From Camelus ferus (Eukaryota), in NCBI RefSeq assembly GCF_009834535.1, contig NC_045697.1, positions 115,198,001-115,262,000 of the forward strand: a stretch of DNA of 64,000 bases, in the 5' to 3' direction. Numbering within the stretch: the first letter of the stretch is position 1; the number at the start of each line of letters is the position of its first letter. Both the position numbers and the translations under genes were made by a program. Of the stretch, positions 1-13,559 are shown in pieces. The notes below the pieces were generated by a model. The model saw only the letters and a list, made by a program, of their open reading frames with translations. It had not been told where the DNA came from and did not search any database.

Positions 1-539
1 TTAACAAATTGACTCCACCTTTTCCTCCTGCAATCCAGCAGAGGTCCGAGAAACTATTCCTTTACACAACCAATCCTGATACAATTTCAGAAATATTTTC
101 TTCTAGGTTGTCAACTTTTAACCAGCAGTAATCATGTAATGTAAAGAAATGCACTGGGCACTTGAACTACAAGTATGAATAAAGGGCTTCATTATTTATC
201 AGCTAAGAAAGGACAAAAAAATATGTCCAATGCACAGAGAAAAGTACTATGGTGTTAAATACAGAATATAAACAGGAAAGAGTGAGGGAACAATAGTAGG
301 TAGGCATGAAGACCTTGAATCAGATGATTTTCTATTAAGATATTTTATTTGCAATGGTCCTCAAAAGGTAGAAATATTCAATAGCCTTGACCTAACTCTG
401 TTCTCATCCAGCCCTGGGCTACTGAGGGTATCTGTGGAGAGTTATATGACACTGAATAGCAGATCAATTTAAAGTCAAAATCTGCCACTTCAAATAGATT
501 CTCAGTAATACCAGGAAATCTATCTGCATTTCTGCAATC

Positions 540-700
540 AATGTCCCATTCTCCACACTGCCTCTCAAATCTTCAATCTGTAAAACCTCCAGCTCACCCA
601 GTCACCATTCACAGAGAGCATTGCTTCCTTTTCCTGAGACAAAATAGAAGCTATATGACAAGCTACTTCACACATATCTACATATATGCCTGCAACACAA
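540..700 (+). mobile_element. L2 LINE internal fragment (degenerate)
   Basis: 'cattgcttccttttcctgagacaaaatagaagcta' resembles the L2 motif 'ccttgcttcctacttcactgagaaaatagaagc'; short and old. Confidence 0.45.
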
Positions 701-2344
701 AAGCACATCTATTTTATTTTTCTCCCCTTTTACTGTTGCCATAGTTTATGTTTGTGTGCATGGGTGTGTATTTGTGTTCGTGTGTTGCTGTATTTTAAAG
801 GGGCAGCAATAGTGTCATGACACAAAGAACAAGGAACCCAAGTCTGGTTGTGAACGTCACATAGTTAACTGGCAATCTAGTATACATTTTATATATGTCT
901 AAACAACACCAAATTGTAGAAATAAAAATTTTACGGTCTCCCCATGCTTTATACTGAAAGATTGAGAAAAAAATGGTGCAAAAATGAGAAATATATACAT
1001 AGGTAGTTGTATAGAAGATAGACAGAGAAGAGAGAGATTATCGATGTCTATTTTAGTAAAAATTAATTCTGTCTTCTTTTATAATCTTTTTGTAACTGAA
1101 TTTTGACTATTTTTCCATTTTTTAAAAAGGCTGTATACCTCAGTCATAATCTCCTGCACCCTGTTGTTTATCAACATTCTTAAAAATATCAAATAACAAT
1201 GAGGAACATAATAGTGAATGCAATGATTGTAATATATATATTTTAAAATCCCAGGCTGCAGTATGCACTGTGGTTTGTATAGAGCCCATAATTTTTGGCA
1301 CAGAATTTCATTATTTTGATATATTCAAAATACATAAAGCATAAAAATTTACCAGTTGAGATGGATACATTAAAATTGTGTATCAAGCAAATGTTCATTG
1401 TCTTGTATTTCCAGAATGTTCAAAAGGAAGCATAAAAGATATTAAAGTGTGAATTACAAGAATAATTCTTTCTTGAGTATAAAGACTTTCTTAAGTTAAA
1501 AATTAATGTGATGGTATTAAGATGATATAATTAGTCCTACTTTGAAATATCCATCTATACATAATGAACTTGGAGATCTCAAAAGTATCAAGCAAAATAG
1601 GGTATTATTTGAAGATGAAAAAGTGAAGGGGACAGTATTTAGAGTTATTAGATCATAACTAATTCTTCATCAAGACTCATCTAGAGTAGAGCTAAAAACT
1701 TTTTCAGAAGCTACAAAATTAGTAAAATAAATGCTCCAAATCTGATTATGATACAAATGAGAAATTTATGTTCAAGAATCACAATAAAGTTACATAATAT
1801 TTCATTTTAAATTTTATGACATTAAATATTCTTCATTTGTATGGGGTTTACATTTTGTATATTTTGGTGATAATTTATGTCAGAATGATAATGCATACTG
1901 AAGTTGCTATTTCATAGTCATACTTGTATTTTGTGTCCTATGATATGTTTATAAGGTATTTTCAAAACCCCTGTAATATTTAGTAAATGTTAAACTATCA
2001 GCGAACACACTGCAAGTAATAGTGACAATTAAATATCAGTATTGTTATTTTACTCTGACAATGCAACAATTAAATAATAATAATGTTAATAGGATTAGAA
2101 CACAGAAAAGATAAAAAAAGCAAAAAAGGAAGAAGGGAAAGGAGATTAAATATTGTTTTATATTTTTATTTTATCTTACAATTTACAAAACATTTTTACA
2201 AATAGTTTTCTTGATAATTCCCTCTAAACCAAATTATTCAATATCTAATCGACCTCAGCAACCTTCTGACAGGGCCATACATTAACTTCCATATCACTGG
2301 AAATAACATTTATTAAGAAGACCTCAAGACTTGACTTCTCCCTT

Positions 2345-2449
2345 TATTTCTTTTTGTATTATTTTTAATTGAAGTATAGTTGATTTACAATGTTGAGTTA
2401 GTTTCAGGTATAGAGCAAAGTGATTCAGTTATATTTATATATATATGCA

Positions 2450-2500
<51 letters not shown>

Positions 2501-2875
2501 TCAGATTTTTTTCCATTATAGATTATTTCAAGATATTTATTATAATTCCCTCTGCTATACAACAGGTCCTTGTTTATCTATTTTACAAATAGTAATGTTT
2601 ATCTGTTAATTTCAAACTTCTGATTCTCCCTCTTGGTAATCACAAGTTTGTTTTCTGTGTCTGTAACTGTGTTTCTGTTTTTTTTTTTTTAAATAAGGTC
2701 AGTTGTATCATTTTTTAGATTATACATATAAATGATACAATATGATATTTGTCTTTCTTTTTCTGAATGACTTCACTTAAAATGACGATGTCCAGGTCCA
2801 TCTATGTTGCTGCAAATGGCATTATTTTATTCTTTTTCTATGGCTGAGTAGTATTCCATTGCATAAATATACCAT
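2345..2875 (-). mobile_element. 5'-truncated L1 (cetartiodactyl-type 3' UTR and ORF2 end)
   Basis: T-rich tail, then 'ttgaagtatagttgatttacaatgttg...' and 'gacttcacttaaaatgacgatgtccaggtccatctatgttgctgcaaatggcattatttt', the antisense L1 3' end. Confidence 0.9.
2450..2495. repeat. (TG)n(TA)n compound microsatellite inside the L1 3' UTR
   Basis: Seen directly. Confidence 0.95.
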
Positions 2876-3044
2876 GAAAGAATGTCAATTTACCATAGTG
2901 TTCCCCAAATGAAAAACTAATTTTCTTACTAAATGGAAAAAAAAAGTCAAACTGAGCTAAAAAACTAACTTCAGCTATGAACTTTACAAGAAACGTATTA
3001 AACATTGTAGTAAAGAAAGGGTGGGTATTAGGAACACAGGCAAT

Positions 3045-3360
3045 AGGTGTTGCTTGTTTCTCTAACCCCCAGTCACTTCCATTCTATTCCCTCCTGCTAT
3101 AGCAGCGACTGGAAGGAAAAAAACACATTTCTATCCTCTCTTGTAATTAGAGTTCTGATGAAATACAGCATCAGTGAATGAGGTGAAATGGCTCAGGATT
3201 TAGGTGTGCATCTCCCTGCAGCAGTGGTGTCTGGCAAACAAATTTTGATAGCTGTGTTTGTGGTTACTGGGCTCTAATGCCAGTGTCTACACCAGGACCA
3301 GGAGCATGAAGTAGTTTGGGTGAATATAGAAGTAGCAGAAGTTTTCTAGAAGCAGGTGGA
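3045..3360. mobile_element. Old ERVL-class LTR fragment (LTR33-like)
   Basis: 'gactggaaggaaaaaaacacatttctatcctctcttgtaattagagttctgatg' resembles LTR33/LTR16-group LTRs; highly degenerate. Confidence 0.45.
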
Positions 3361-5089
3361 GATCATTAAAGTCAGTTATGTATTTTAATATTTAAGAAAT
3401 ATTATAGAAATAGATACTCATCTTAAAGAGATTAAGATTAAGAAGAGAGAAAAATAGAGGCAGAGAGTAAAAGAAAAAGAGAGATTACATCAGGGGAATT
3501 TCAGTGATAAATGAAACAGATTTTTTCAATGGCATTTGCTTGGTTAAGAAATATATACATTCTCAAATAAGGTAACTTCTTTTAGAGGCTAGAAATACAT
3601 GTAAGGAATAAAATTGTGGGTCAAATACATTAAATGATTATAATAGGTAAGTAGAGTCCAGTTTCCAAAATTATATATGATGAATAGAGCCCTCACTAAT
3701 AGAAAATTAAGAAGAAAATAATAGCTACCAAATTTCACAACTCACTAAATCAAAAATTTCCAATATCTACTTGTATTATGTTTAGGAAGTAATTTTAGCA
3801 ACCCAGCATTTTGAAGATAAATTTGCTGTTCAGCATGTCTCATTCATATTCACCCCAGAGGAGATCAGACAGAGCTCTGGGTCTGGCATTCCTTGAGGAT
3901 AATGAAACATTCCTGGCAGGATAATTCATGGTCATTTTATTGTTCGTGTATTCCCAGTCACTTGGTCTTTGGTAGGAGAGTTAATTAGACTTTGCTGAAA
4001 TGGTGGTTACAAGACTGCTGTTCTCCTGGGTCTTGTCCATGGAGCTCAATTTCTTCAATTATGCTGTATTATTTGAACCATAATCATGCTTACATACCTC
4101 ATTATTCTATGTGGCACAACAAAATGATTCAAAATTTCATTTGATTAGTTACTTTGAACACATAGTTCACATACACACACAAACACGCACCCCAAATTGT
4201 GTGTTATTTAAATGGAAACAAATTGAAGTAGTGTCTAAATATTATCTGTATAATGACCTTTTTCACTAGATGAGTGTCATACCACATGCTAAAACCAACC
4301 ATGATGAGAGAATTTGATTTTCTTTTATGAACACAAATATTGTTAAATTATAAAATTCAGTCATGTTCCCTATTTTTACTACAATTTTTCTTTTAAGTAG
4401 GAAAAAAGGCAAGATGGACTACATAGAACTTAGTGTCTCCTATCAAATCATTTCACTAAAGCAGACACAAAAGAAGGAGGAAAAAAAGATAAGCACTCAA
4501 AGCGCTTTGAATTTCCCTGCAGAGAGAATAAGCTTTCACTAACTGCTTTGTTTAATCCGCAAGACAATAGTGTAAACTAAATGATGGCCCTAGTACAAGG
4601 ATGGGAGGAAAAAGGTGGACCATGGAAAACATAACCGGCATAGCTGAATTATCCAGCTGTAGAGCAGCAGACGTAGAATGTAAGGTTGGATAATTACTGA
4701 CTCAGAAGCCCCACGTTGTTTTATTATATTCTATTTACTTTTATTGTATTTCCTTAAAACAGTAAGGAAATGAAAAAAGGAAGAAAGAAAAACAGCTTTA
4801 ATATGAGGATTGTTTTAATCTAGTATTCTAAGAAAAAAATAATGTTATTTAGTATTTGATTATTTCATTGGATTTCTACTGCTGGAAACATATTCTAAGT
4901 GCTTATAAATTATACATATATATTTAAAAAAATCAGACAAACTCTCCCTGATATGTTTTACTTTAACATAAGTAAGGTATTGACACTTAAGTAATACAAA
5001 TATGTCAATTTCATGGTATTTAGAAACCAGGTACAGCAATGCCTGACTTGACCTCCAGGAAACTGGAAACACAGACATCCCAATACAAT

Positions 5090-5245
5090 TTACTTCTTAC
5101 AGTGAGTAAATATGAGATTTCGAGCAAGTTAATTTAACTCCTCCAAGTTACAACTTTGTCATCTGTAAAATGAGATTAATAAAGACTATTTCCTAAAGTT
5201 GCAAATAGCATAAATAATTTAATACATATGAAGCTCCTAACATAT
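5090..5245 (+). mobile_element. MIR SINE
   Basis: MIR core 'gagcaagttaatttaactcctcc...tttgtcatctgtaaaatgagattaataa'. Confidence 0.8.
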
Positions 5246-6574
5246 CAGTTTTTCTTTTTTTGCTTTATTATTATCATCAGAAGCTATAAAACATCCCTAA
5301 AGTGACAAATATTTGTAATTAATTAATAGGCAAAAATTCAATTATTTCAACTTAAAATTCATGAAAACCTTTGATGGTTTCTTCTACATATGGACTATGT
5401 ATGAGTATTTTAAAACATTTTAAAATAATATTAAGGAACTTCTAATATGTATATTCAAAGGAATATATTAACTATATAACTTGCTAAAGATTTAGAATTT
5501 CATCACAAGGAACTGTATTTTTTATTTTTATTAATATTTTGTTGTATTTCTGAAACTATAGGGCTTCATTTGTAGAAAATATGTTGTAGTATTATTTTAT
5601 GACAAAGATGTATCATACAATAATGGGGAACCAAAGTAATATGTTTCTTTAGACAATGGAAGCTAATGTGTAGAATTAATCTATGCTTTACAAATTCTGT
5701 GTCAAGTAATATAAATGCATATAATTTTTATTAAGTGATTCTAATTTTTCAAACTCCTTGTCAAAAGATATATCCATACTTACTTGACAAAACTTATTTC
5801 CTTTAGCTAAAATATTAACATTTAATGCTGAATTAACTCAGAAACTTTTCCATATATATATGACTTCCCAATATGTTATTTCGTATTTGATACATTTAAA
5901 ACCTCTGAATCAAAGTAACTTTAAGCCATAAAAGCAGTGCTCTCTATAAATGTGCTATCTTTAGGGACATGAATATTTGACATACTTACACTTCTGATAT
6001 ATTAGGTACATTAAAATGAGAGCAATAAGCAAATTATTCTGCTTATGTTCATCATAAATGGTCCACAGACACCAAAAACATTGTAAATAAATGCAAGTCA
6101 AAATGTAATTACAAAAAATGGTGATGCAATCAGCAAAGAGTAAACAAAAAGCCTTGAATACAAGAAGTGAAGATGGAGATCCATTCCTTGGTCAAGGGAG
6201 AGGGGTTTACATGGCAAGTTCTTTAACTTTTGCAGTGTAAATAATTTGAATGCATGTGAGAGTCTCTAAATTGATAAATAGTGATACAGGCTTTAGGTTA
6301 GCTGCACTGTTCACAAATTCATTATTTTTTCACCTTTTTTGAGCTGCTAATTTGATAGTAAGAAAGAATCAAGATTAACTAAATCTGGGCATTCACATGA
6401 CTGCCTAGGAATATTTAGTCAGATACAGCCATGAGCTCTCAAGTCAGATCTGCCCTGTTAGTGTTTAATATATGACCATAATTTTGAATGTTGGAGACCA
6501 CGGGTAGGACTTCAATCACAGCCAGGTCTTGAGTTGATAAAAGGGGAAGAAAAAAAAAAAGTAATGAATTTCAT

Positions 6575-9500
6575 GGCTTCCAGTTTTAGCTCAGACATGT
6601 AAAGAGCTTAGAAGCAATCACACTTGCCCTTAAAACAAGTGGAAAAAAAAAAAAAAAAAGAGAACTGAGTAGAGTGAAACCCAATGACTCATCTTAGCAG
6701 AGAGTTTAAGCAGAGAATTTAAGTCTCGGGGAAGACCAGTACCCCCAGAATCTGGAGATGCAGATGCTTATGGAGAATTACATCTGAGAGCAGCTTTCTT
6801 GGAGTAGAAACCTCTGGAACCGAAACCCAGCAGGACCACTTAGACGGTAATTGTGACTAATTGCTGGAGGTAGGATGTGGACTACAATGCAAATGAGCAT
6901 TTTCCGGGATCCTCTGTCTTAGGACCCCCCACACACACTTCATGGGCTTACCTGAAGGAGCCCCACCGATTCCTACAGGTGAAGAAGCAAGAAAACCCTC
7001 AGGAAAAGTGACTCTTTTGAAATTCTCCAAAGTGGTCTCCAGAGTACAGAGCTAGTTAACAAGGACAGAGACATCACAGGAGCCTTACCTAACTAATTCC
7101 AACCCCTCTGGACCATCTTTCTCATCCACTGGGGAGGCAAAATTCTAGAAATTGCTTGTGAAGATCACAGCCCAGGGCACAGACCCACTGAAGATTAAGA
7201 TTTGTGATAGAATTATAGAATGCTTCCCCTCCAGATGAAATCTTACCATTATGACAGAACTCCATTATAATAACAATAAATTACAGCAGAAAGAGCTTCC
7301 AAATGCATGCTCTATCGTTAAATAAGGAGTTCTTAGGGAAACCCAGTGACGAGAGAGGAGACCAGAGAAGAAGAAATTGAAGCCTCAGACACCTACAGCT
7401 ACAGCAAATTTTAAACACAGCCCAGTTAGCCAGATTAAGATGAAACCCCACATTAAAAACCTAATAACTTAGTTTCCATTACCAGATGCACCATCTCCAG
7501 CTTTCAACAAAAAACTGCAAATCACGCTAAAATAACAAAATATACAGCCTGAAGAGATACAGGAAGCATCAGACCCAGACTCAGAGCACAAGTTTTGGAA
7601 TTACCAGGCTGAGAATTTAAAATGACTAAGATAAATATATTAAATACTCTGGTAGAAAAAGTGGACAGCATGCAAGAACAAATGGCAACACAGACATCGA
7701 GATAGAAATCCCAAGAAATAATCAAAAGGAAATACTAGAAATTAAAAAAAAAAAAAAAAAAGACTGTAACAGAAATGAAAGGTGGCTGTGATGTCTTCAC
7801 CAACAGACTGAACACCTCTGAGGAAAGATTCTGTGAGTTTGAAGAAATGTCAGCAGAAACTAGTCAAACTTGAAATACCAAAAAATAACCTTTACATTAA
7901 ACAAAAGAACAGAATATTCAAAAACTGTGGAACAATTATAAAAAATAGCATAATTATAGTGGAAATACAATACAGGAGATGAGGAAGAGAAGGTAGGAGG
8001 GGAGATGAACAGAGGAGAGGAAGAGAAACAGAAAAGTAGAAGAAATACTGAAGTAATTCTAAAGTAACAGTGTCTGAGCTTTCTCCAAAATTAATGCCAG
8101 AAACCAGACCACAGATGAAAACCAGAGAACAACCAAGCAGGGGAAATAACAAAAGACCTACACCTACGCATATCATAGTCAAACTGTGAAGAAAAAGACA
8201 AAAATCTTGAAAGCAACGTGAAGAAAAAAAATCCCTTAGATAAGGAGGAACAAGGATAAGAATTATATCAGATTTATCTTTTTTAGAAGCCATGTAAGCA
8301 GCCTGGAATTCTGTTTCCAGCAAAATTATCTTTCAATGTGAAGGAAAATAGCCTGTAACAGACAAAGAAAAACTGAAAGCGTTAACCACCAGTTTCATTT
8401 TTCAAATTTCTTTTTATGCAAAAAATGTTGGGAGAATATCTTCAATGAGAACAAAAATGATATATATCAGAAACTAAGATCGATAGAATATCAGAGAAGA
8501 AATAAAGTGAAATAAAATATTTTCTTGTTTTGATTTTAATGTAAATGATATCTGCTCAAAGTCATGACAGTAGCATTATGTTGTGTGATTACATCATGTG
8601 TAGATATGAAATGAATGACAGCGATGTTATAAGGGATGCGAGGGACGAATTAGAAATACTACCTTATAAAGTACCCGAACTATTCTTGAAGTTTAAAGTA
8701 TTATTTGTGAGTAAACTTACATTAATTATACATACATACTGCTCACTCTAGGGCAACCACTAAAAACATTTTTAAAGAAGAATTATTGACATGCTAAAAG
8801 AGAAAATAAAATGTAACCATATAAAAAGCATGGCTGAAACTAGAAAGGACAGAAAAAGAGTGAAGAAAAAAAAAAAAAAAAACAGGTGCAATGAATAAAA
8901 ATAAATCATTACAGAGATGTTAAGTTTTAGGTCAACTATAGTAATAATTTATATATAACAGACAGAGACTGGAAAAATATATTTAAAAAAATCTGTATGT
9001 AACTACATTTTTTCCTACAAGAAATAGACTTTAAGTATAATGACACAGAGGGGTTAAAAGTAAAGAAATTACGAAAGATATGCCTTGTTAGCATCAATCA
9101 AAAAAAAAAAGGCTATGTTGATTTCAAAAAAGCTGACTTTGGGAAAAGGAAAATTATCAAGTAGAGGGAAGTATTACATAATCAAAAAGTGGCTAATTCT
9201 CCGAAAAGGTGTGATAATCCTTAACCAGCAGAGCATCAAAATGTGTGGCGCAAAAACTGGTAAGAACTACAGACAGACATAGACAAACACTCAGGCCTAG
9301 GACCTCCATTGAGGAACGGATAGTTAAGCAGGCAGAAAATCAGTAAGCACATAGCAGACCTAAGCTGTCTTCAGTCAAGTGACTCTAATTGGTGTTTATG
9401 GAATACTTCAGCCATCAACAGCAGGGTACATGACGTTCTCAGGATCACATGGAACATTCACCAACAAAGACCACATTCTAGGCCGTAAAATGCACCTTAA

Positions 9501-9765
9501 GAAAAATAAAAGAATAGAAATCATGCAAAATGTCCTCAGATGACAATGGAATTAAACTAGAAATCAGTAACAAAAGCAGCTGGAAAATTCCCAGATATTT
9601 GGAGATTAAGCAACATGAGAAAAACATTCAGATCAAAGAAGTCTCAACAGAAATTTTTAAATATTTGCAGCTAAATCAAAGTGAAAATGCAACTTATCAA
9701 ATGTGATGCGATACAGCAAAAGAGGAGTGTTTAGAGGGTAACTTAAAGCATTGAATGCATATACT
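6575..9765 (+). mobile_element. Old L1 (L1MC/L1MD-type): 5' UTR, decayed ORF1 and ORF2 endonuclease; 3' part absent
   Basis: ORF1 remnants ('gatagaaaaagtggacagcatgcaagaacaaatgg'-like, 'acacctacgcatatcatagtcaaactg') and ORF2 EN remnants ('cacatggaacattcaccaacaaagaccacattctaggccgtaaa', 'aatggaattaaactagaaatcagtaac'); many stops and frameshifts. Confidence 0.85.
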
Positions 9766-10109
9766 AATGGACTTGGTTAAACAGAGAATATGTCATTTGG
9801 TGGAGTCTGAAGTAGGAAAACGACTCAATAAACTATTCCAAGTACAAAGGATTTAAAAGTCTTGTTCCCAAAATAACATTTATATAAAAATTAGGTTTCT
9901 TTGGGGAATCAAAAAGAGCTAGTTTTAATAAAATTAGATTAATGGGAAAGTAAATCAAATTAAAATAAAACTAAAACTATGTATATAATTATATATGTAG
10001 TTATAATAATCATTATAATATATTATAAATCTACCTATCTGATTAAGCTGCAGAAACACCTGTAGAAACATTAGTGGCATGCTGGAAAAGTATACAACGT
10101 AAAAATAGA

Positions 10110-10850
10110 TTTTATTTTCCTTTTTCCTCAGCTTTATTGAAATATAAATTGACATATACTATTAAGCAAATTTAAGTGTAAAATCTGCTGATTTAATACA
10201 TTGAAATATTGCAAAACGACTATCACTCTAGCATTAGCTAATACCTTCATGTGTCATGTGATTATCATTTCTTTTTTGTGATGAGAACATTTAAATTTTA
10301 CTCTCTTAACAACTTTCAAGTATATAATACAGTATTGTTAACTGTAACCATCATGCTTGTACACTAGATCTCCAGAATTTGTTTCTTATAATGGGAAGTT
10401 TGTATATTTTGACTAACATCTCCCCATTTTATTCATTTTGCAGTTTCTGGTAATCACCCTTCAACTCTGTATGAGATGAATTTTTTTTAGATTTCTCGTA
10501 TAAGTGGTATCACAGAGTATTTGTCTTTCTGTGTCTGATTTATTTCTTTTAACATGCTGCCCTCAAGCTCCATTCATGTTGTCATATATGGTAAAATTTT
10601 CTTCTTTCTTGTGGCTAAATAATATTCCATTGCTTATATCTACACTGCAATTTCTTTATTCATTCATCAGTGAAGGACACTTAGCTTTGTTCCCACATTT
10701 TACCTATTGTGAATAACGATGCAATGAACATGAAATCACACATACCTCTTCCAGATCCCGTTCACCTCCTTTGGATATACGCCCAGAACTGTGGTTGCTC
10801 TGGATCACATGGGAATTGTATTTTTAATTTTTTAAGGAACTTCCCTGCTG
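10110..10850 (-). mobile_element. L1 3' end (L1MA-type), 5'-truncated
   Basis: 'cagctttattgaaatataaattgaca', 'ttttgtgatgagaacatttaaattttactctcttaacaactttcaagtatataatacagtattgttaact', 'tttggatatacgcccagaactgtggttgct'. Confidence 0.88.
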
Positions 10851-12429
10851 TCTGCTGTAAGATGAGGTCTTGATAGTCATTCTAGGGACCTAAATGAAGG
10901 ATGCAACACTAAATGCAGAAAATGTTTTAGAGTGAACAGGTGAGAGAGAAGCCCTGGCACTGACAGATACCTAACAGAGGGAAGGGAAGGGCTCCAAGGA
11001 AGTACCCCAGGGTAATTTCCAGAGAAAGAACATAAAATCAGGAATTCGTATGGGAAGTACTTCTTAAAGCAATACATAAAGGGCTCATATTAAGAACTAA
11101 TAGAAAATCATAACGCAAAGTTTCCCAAAATTCAGAATGGGTATACTTGAGAAAGGGAGTCCAGATAATTAGCAGAAAATATTTAATCGTTGACTAAATA
11201 TTAAACTTGTATTATTTTAATATTAATGTACTGTACTATTAATATAATGTAGATACCTTGTATGCTCTCTGAGCACAATCAATGAATTTAAGAACTGAAT
11301 TGACTTGCTCAGCAGATTCAAGCATATGTCCTAACCACAATAGTTAGAAATAATTTGGTACAACCATAAGCAGGTGCATATCTAACCCACAACTATTGCA
11401 ATTTGAGATTTAGTTATTTTGAAGTTTCTTCTTAATATAAAAAAGGCAAATTTATTGTTTCAAAATATTAGTTGTTTTGCAAAACTGAAAATGGCTTTCA
11501 TGGACCTTGGGATTTTTATCTTGAACATCCAATCAGAAAATAATACATAACAAGACTATGATTTAAATAGCTTTACTTAATCATTTCTGGTCATTAAGTT
11601 AATACACAAATTATGATCACTGAAGTTCAGTAGGAAAAGTATGACTTTTCATTACATTTCATGAATAGTTAATCTTTATATTAATATTAAGCATACAATG
11701 GAAATTGTACAAGATTATAGCTTGTTTAAATATAACATGGTATCTTGTTTGCACAGCAAAATCATTTTTATATGTTTTGCAGTGGTTTATGTAAATCACT
11801 AATCATGAGAGAAAATGCTTGTCTATGGTATCAAACAGATTTCTGAATTGTTTTGTTATTCTAAATGATTTTAATAAGTGTGGACTTATCTAGTGAATAA
11901 ATAAAGCAGACTTCTAAATCTGTATCTTATACTAGCTTTACTGAAGTTTTAAAAAGCTATGTTTTATTTTCCAATTTTTATATTTTGATTTTTATAGTCT
12001 CCCGGGCAATCATGAAACATTAATTTCACAACAAGCTGGAGGAAATTATTAGAAATAAAGTATGGGAACTATATGAAATTCAAATTTCTAAAATTAGATT
12101 TGAAAATAAAGAAATATTATTTACAAATTTCTGCAGAAAACATGTATTTATAAGGCAAAAATAGACATGAGTTGTTTAAATATGTTTCTGTTTACAGATC
12201 ATTATACATTAATATAAAAACTACAGTGAATAAAATATTAAATGTTAAAAGATTTTTCTGAAGTTGTTATAAATCCTCATAATAGTGAAAACAATATTTA
12301 TTGAGGATAATGGAAAAAAAATCAATATGAGTTCTAATCCAAATTAAGTTGGTTAATAATCATGTGATATTTGGCAAGTTCTTAAAGTACAGAACTTTTC
12401 ATTACACTAAAAGTTAGAAACACCTCTGA

Positions 12430-12620
12430 ATGCATTCAAAGAGAGTGTGAGTGAATATATTCATACAATGGAATATTATATATCAATAATAATGAATTTA
12501 AATGTTGATATTAACACAAATGCATCAACTTTTATAATATAAATATAGGTAAAAAATGGAAAAGAGTACTTATACATACTATTCTTTTTATAAAGTTAAA
12601 AATAAATACATAGTGAATTT
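12430..12620 (+). mobile_element. L1ME-type 3' fragment
   Basis: 'gaatatattcatacaatggaatattat' and 'atacatactatattctttttataaagttaaaaa'. Confidence 0.6.
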
Positions 12621-12689
12621 AGGAATAAATTAAAACTTCAATAAATTCATAACTGTAACATTTTTTTTGTTAACCAAACACTTGTTATC

Positions 12690-13555
12690 TACAGATTCAT
12701 TTTACATATAAAAATACAGATAGGATGTGTGGAGTTGTTATACCATGTAAATACTAGGGTTATGATGACCATTTTAAAAAAAGAACAATTATATTAAAAT
12801 AAACATCACCTGAGATAACAGATATTTTATAAAAACAACAGGTCAGTCCATTATGAAGACAATGAAGTTAATTGTGTGTATGTCTAATAACAGCAAATTT
12901 CAAGGGGAAAAATCATAGAATTAACAGGAGAAAGAGAGAGACATTTCTGTAAACACAGTTGGAGATCTTATCTCTGCCTCTTCCTGGTACTTGGTAGAAC
13001 TAGACAAAATCTAAAAGGACACAGAAGAACACCGTCAAGTACTACCAAATCGATAATTAGTAGCTACACTCAACAACTGGGGAAAGACCTTTCTAGGGTA
13101 CACGATATTTTCACCTTAAAAACAACATATCCAGTCATAGTTAAAGCTTCAAATCATTTGAAAGAATAGAAATAACACAGTGTCCACTTTCATCTAAAAT
13201 ACAGAAATCTTGAAAGAATATAACTCCCATCAAAGCAAGGATGAGAGCCACACAAACTACAGAGCCATAACTTTCTTGAAGCTATCAGAGAGCTGACATT
13301 GTAAGGTAACATATCAACATAGCAACTCATGTGGGATGCTGTGAAGGTGGTACTTAGAAATAAATTGATAACTTTAAATATTTCCATTAAGAAATTTTGA
13401 AAACATCTAAAAATCAGCAAGATAAGTTTCTACCTTAACAAGTAGATAAAAGAAAAGAAAGAAAACACAAAATAAGTAGAACGAGTTAAATAAAACAGAG
13501 AGCAGCAAAAACGATGAAAAGAAAATGGGGAAAATAGGAAAAAAAAATAGAGATA
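12690..13555 (+). mobile_element. Old L1 ORF2 endonuclease-region fragment
   Basis: 'aatttgtgtgtatgtctaataacag'-like and 'aactcatgtgggatgctgtgaaggtggtacttagaaataaattgataactttaaat' ORF2 motifs. Confidence 0.7.
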
Positions 13556-13559
13556 GAAG

